64,000 bases of DNA from Rebecca billardiae RCC1528 (Eukaryota; Protista; Haptophyta), in contig OZ251235.1 of NCBI GenBank assembly GCA_965240325.2, forward strand, positions 1,612,001-1,676,000, in the 5' to 3' direction. Within the stretch, counting starts at the first letter, position 1; each line of letters starts with the position of its first letter. Shown here piece by piece: positions 59,893 to 64,000 of the stretch. The notes beneath the pieces were generated by a model. That model did not search any database. It had not been told where the DNA came from and saw only the letters and a program-made list of their open reading frames with translations. The position numbers and the translations under genes were made by a program.

Positions 59893-61013
59893 AATAGTAA
59901 GGTTCGGGGGCCGAGTCCGGGAGCTGCCCCTTCAACTTTAGTGGGCACGCTGCGGCCGCATGGCGGCCGGCCGCCCGCCGCCCACGCGAACAAAAGTCCG
60001 TGCGCGGGCGTGGTGGGCACGCACGTGTCGATGGCGTAGGGCTGGCAGGTCCGTATGTGCCATGGCCGATCCCCCGGCGCGTTTGAGACCCCATCCCCGG
60101 CGCCTGAGGCACCACACATGCTGGCGATGACAGATGTCGTGTTCAGCACGGGTTGCTGTGCACGCGCCGGTACGGCGGGGTGGTGCACACGGAGAGAGGG
60201 CCTAGAAAGGGGTGGCGTGCGTTCTCACAGGTCTGGTCTCCACTGACGTCGCCCGGCGCGGCGCGTCATAAGGATGGGCGGCCTGTTCAGTGCTTCTTGT
60301 TGGCTGACGGTAAAGCATGCTCACTGTTCACACACGCACCACTTGGGCGTGTACCCTCAGCGAGGCGTTCAGGCTGAAGAGTTCGCAGAGAGGGAGCCCA
60401 TTAGGTCTTGTGTGTCCTGCGTGGGCAGTCTAACAGCTCAACCGGCTACTTGACGGCTACTTGCGCCCTGGAATTGAGCTCATGCCATGGCTCTGCCCCA
60501 TCGCCACCTGCCACACACAAACCTCTCAGTTGCCGAGTTGCGCGTAATGTTTGTTTTGAAAGGAAGAGTGTTCGTGGTATAGTGGAAGAAGCGGTGTTTA
60601 AGAAGCTTCCAAGCCTACTGGGACACACGATGCGCGCGCCGGGCGACGTCAGTAGAGACCAGACCTGTGAGAACGCACGCCACCCCTTTCTAGGCCCTCT
60701 CTCCGTGTGCACCACCCCGCCGTACCGGCGCGTGCACAGCAACCCGTGCTGAACACGACATCTGTCATCGCCAGCATGTGTGGTGCCTCAGGCGCCGGGG
60801 ATGGGGTCTCAAACGCGCCGGGGGATCGGCCATGGCACATACGGACCTGCCAGCCCTACGCCATCGACACGTGCGTGCCCACCACGCCCGCGCACGGGCT
60901 TTTGTTCGCGTGGGCGGCGAGCGGCCGGCCGCCATGCGGCCGCAGCGTGCCCACTAAAGTTGAAGGGGCCGCTTTCAGACTGCAGTCCGGGGCTCCCCCC
61001 GAACCTTACTATT
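59893..61013. repeat. Foldback structure with ~335-bp near-perfect inverted arms
   Basis: 59926-60260 is the reverse complement of 60635-60969. Outer 18-bp IR AATAGTAAGGTTCGGGGG / CCCCCGAACCTTACTATT. ~375-bp spacer. Confidence 0.9.
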
Positions 61014-61151
61014 CGAGATCTCGCGAGCAGTCGAGTGTGAGCCGAGTCGGCTCCTCCGAGGCAGCGAATGAAACGGGAAACCCCTAAACCAGCGTTGGTG
61101 TTGGTGAAGGGGTTGAACTGGAAGGCGGGATGACGTCGTAACGGAGACGCG

Positions 61152-63215
61152 ATGTCTGCCGTCGAGCGCCAGCTGCTCGCCCACCTCGACGCCGCGCGCG
61201 CGCTTCTCGTCGTGAGCGGCGTGAGCGACGCGTCCTTCTCGGCGGTTGGGCTCAAACGTGCGCACGCCGCCCTCGCCGAGATCGGCTCGCAGCTCGCGCG
61301 CGCACTTCCGCGGGCCGAGCACGCCGAGCGCGAGCCGCAGCCGCTCTCGCTAAGCGAGCTGCCCGCGGAGGTGCTCGTGCACATCGTCGCGTGCCTCGAC
61401 GACCCACGGGACGTAGTCGCTGTTCGTGGGGCGAGCACGCTCTTCCGTGGCCGCTCGCCCCCTCGCTCTCTCGTCGAGCGCGCCCTGTACGAGCGTGCCG
61501 CGCTCCGCTCCGAGCGCGAGCCTCCGGCGTGGGTACGCTCGGGCGCGTCGACGTGGTGCCACGCGCTGCTGCGCAACGAGGCGATCGCGCTGGGCGGGCA
61601 TGGCGACGCGCTCGTTGCCTCGGCGGGAAGTGCCATCTCCGCCTTCGTCGACGCCGACGGCCGGCTGCTCACGTGCGGCGGCACCGCGGCGCAGCACGCG
61701 TTTGAAGGCGAGCGGGAGGTGGCGATGGCGGCGCTGGGGCACGGCGCGCTGAGCGCGGGCTTGCCGGGCGTGGTGCGCGTGCCGTTGCCACGGGTGGTCG
61801 CCTCGCTCGCGGGCGTGCGCATCCTCGCCGTCTCCGCCGGCGCGTGGCACACCCTCGCCCTCAGCTGCAGCGGCGACGTGTATGCCTTTGGCTCGGGCGC
61901 GAACGGCCGGCTCGGGCTGGGTGACCTTCAGGACCAGCGCCGGCCGCACCGGATTGAGGCGCTCGCGGCGCGGCGCGCGGTGGGCGTCTCGGCGGGTGTG
62001 GCGCACTCGCTCGTGCTCACCGCCAGCGGCGAAGTCTACTCCTTCGGCTGCGGCGAGAGCGGCATGCTCGGCCACGGCGATTGCCTCGAGCGCAGGCTGC
62101 CGCAGCGCGTGGCGGCGCTGGGCAAGACTTCGTGCGCCTGTGTGAGCGCGGGCGCGGCGCACTCGCTCGTGGTCTCGCGCGCGGGCGCGGTCTACTCGTT
62201 CGGCTGTGGGCGCGAGGGTGCGCTCGGCCACGCCGACGCCGCCGACCGCCTCGAGCCCGCGCGCATCGTCGGCCTGAGCGGCGCGCGCGCGCTCGGCGCG
62301 TCGGCGGGCGGGTGTCACTCTCTTGTCGTGTGCGCGGCCGGTGCGGTCTACTCGTTCGGCCGCGGCGAGGATGGTGCGCTCGGGCACGGCGACAAGGCGA
62401 GCCGGCGTACGCCTACGCGCATCGACGGCCTGCACGGCGTGCACGCCTCGAGCGTCTCGGCGGGCAACGCGCACTCGCTCGTGGCCACGCGGTGCGGCGC
62501 GGTCTTTGCGTTTGGGCTCGGCTCATTTGGTCAGCTCGGGCTGAGCACGCTCACGGAGGGCCTGGCCCCCGGGCGGACGAGCGCGCGGCCGCTGCTGGAG
62601 GAGGCGGCGATGGGCGCGCGTGGGACCGGCGCGGCTGCGGCGGCCTCGCTCGCTCGGCGCGCTAGCGCGCCCGGGCGCGTGCGGCCATCGACGGCTGGCG
62701 CGGTGCGCGCTCCGCCGAGCTGCCCGCCGCCGCTGCACGCTGCCGTGCCGCGCCGGGTGGGCGCACTCGCGGGCGCGCACGCGGTGGGCGTGAGTGCGGG
62801 CACCGACAGCCACAGCCTTGTGGTGCTCGCCAACGGCTTCGTCGTCTCGTTTGGTCGCGGCCGCGGTGGGCGGCTGGGGAACCTGGACAGCCTGAACAGC
62901 GACGCGCCGCGCGGACCGAGTGCTGTGATCGTGCCTGCGAGTGCGACGCAGCGGCAGCGCGCGCTCACGCGCGCGGCTAATGGGGGCGCGGGCACGCAGG
63001 GTGCCGACGCGCGGCCATCGAGCGCGACTCCCCCCGCTCCTCCCAAGCTGTCTTACGCCCCGCTCACCCCGCTCTTGCTCAGCCTGCCTCTCGTGGACGG
63101 TCCAGCGGGTGTACCTGGCCGGCCACCGTCCTCGTCGTCCTTGACATTTGTGCCGCCGTGCCCGTTGCTGAACTTCCTCGGCAGTCAACAAGTACAGGAA
63201 CTGAGGCGGTCGTAG
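61152..63215 (+). CDS. F-box + RCC1-repeat protein
   Basis: LSELPAEVLVHIVACLDDPRDV fits an F-box, followed by about six VSAG..HSL.....G.VYSFG.G..G.LGHGD repeats. Confidence 0.9.
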   Translation: MSAVERQLLAHLDAARALLVVSGVSDASFSAVGLKRAHAALAEIGSQLARALPRAEHAEREPQPLSLSELPAEVLVHIVACLDDPRDVVAVRGASTLFRGRSPPRSLVERALYERAALRSEREPPAWVRSGASTWCHALLRNEAIALGGHGDALVASAGSAISAFVDADGRLLTCGGTAAQHAFEGEREVAMAALGHGALSAGLPGVVRVPLPRVVASLAGVRILAVSAGAWHTLALSCSGDVYAFGSGANGRLGLGDLQDQRRPHRIEALAARRAVGVSAGVAHSLVLTASGEVYSFGCGESGMLGHGDCLERRLPQRVAALGKTSCACVSAGAAHSLVVSRAGAVYSFGCGREGALGHADAADRLEPARIVGLSGARALGASAGGCHSLVVCAAGAVYSFGRGEDGALGHGDKASRRTPTRIDGLHGVHASSVSAGNAHSLVATRCGAVFAFGLGSFGQLGLSTLTEGLAPGRTSARPLLEEAAMGARGTGAAAAASLARRASAPGRVRPSTAGAVRAPPSCPPPLHAAVPRRVGALAGAHAVGVSAGTDSHSLVVLANGFVVSFGRGRGGRLGNLDSLNSDAPRGPSAVIVPASATQRQRALTRAANGGAGTQGADARPSSATPPAPPKLSYAPLTPLLLSLPLVDGPAGVPGRPPSSSSLTFVPPCPLLNFLGSQQVQELRRS

Positions 63216-63599
63216 CTGGCTTGGGCCTGGGGCGGGCGCTTGGATCGTCATGATGTAACGTCATAATTCATCACTCGCAGGCGGAGCCCGGCCCACCACA
63301 CTGACTGCGCTGAATAAGAGCTTAGTGTGCTCAGTTCACTCTGAGTAGTACCTGATAATGATTGGCAGGCTTCAGTGAATAAGATCGCATAGGCGTCATA
63401 CTCATAACGCTTAGTAACATCAAACATGCAGCTGTGCCTGTGTCTGTGACGCGCCGGCGCCGGCTGGGCCTGGGCGTGGTGCAAGGCGCGCGCCTCGCAC
63501 GCGCTACAGCGCCCGGTGAGGTGGACGCAAGTCTGTCGAGGCGCATCACATGTGTGCCCAAAGGTGCATGCCTGGCCCCTCCGCTCGTTTGCCGGCCGC

Positions 63600-64000
63600 T
63601 CCGCTGCCCATGCCTGGCCTGCACGCACCAAACGTAGCCGCGCCGAACGTGCCCCGCCACTGTGTCTGTGAGACGGCCGCGAACCGCGATGCACGGTGCC
63701 CTTCAGTGACGTGAGCAAGGTAGTCTACTACTGCAAGGGGACGCCAACCTGACGGTTGGCCATGCCATGGGAGGTAGTAGGGACGCCAGATACGCGCCAA
63801 GAGCCCATGGGAAGCTTGCTCTCCCCAGTTGGTGAGCTCTTCGGGCATGCGAACGCGGTTTGTCTCAAAGTGCCCTCCCCCCCCCAAAGTGAGACAAACT
63901 TGCTGGTGCTCATGCTCCTCAACGGCATGGAGCTAGCCCACGAGACTCGCGGCTTGAACTCTTCGTCTGATGCCCTCCACAACGACGTGCGCGAAGGGCG
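63600..64000 (+). mobile_element. Possible highly degenerate Ty1/copia RT-RNaseH remnant
   Basis: Translation with stops gives WPARTKR...KVVYYCKGT...LFGHANA, loosely like copia TRPD/RYLKGT/GYxDAD. Confidence 0.2.

Overview
Very GC-rich eukaryotic nuclear DNA with short GC-rich GT(GCG)...GCAG introns. The style suggests a microalga, possibly a haptophyte, but that is inference. About 15 host genes are supportable: a secreted Pro-rich protein running off the left edge, Borealin-like, a small secreted Cys protein, a membrane U-box protein, a CAX Ca2+/H+ antiporter, UPF1, RPB9, DUF1992, a 14-repeat EsV-1-7 Cys-rich protein, a BSD-domain protein, a lectin-like/TM/PHD protein, mitochondrial intermediate peptidase, an ELM2-like protein, an EamA/DMT transporter and an F-box/RCC1 protein. 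Many are arranged as head-to-head pairs. The intergenic DNA is dense with non-autonomous DNA elements: a pogo-like DDE remnant with a hAT-like element inserted in its right end, other TIR elements, MITEs and two ~1.1-1.2 kb foldbacks just upstream of genes. The most notable observation is three 1.3-1.7 kb elements with Helitron2/Helentron-type ends (11-bp asymmetric inverted repeat, terminal hairpin, conserved ~260-bp 5' block) but mutually unrelated interiors, two of them joined head-to-head into a ~540-bp palindrome. Most long ORFs in the supplied track are GC-driven antisense or alternative-frame artefacts. All calls are by eye; no database search was run.
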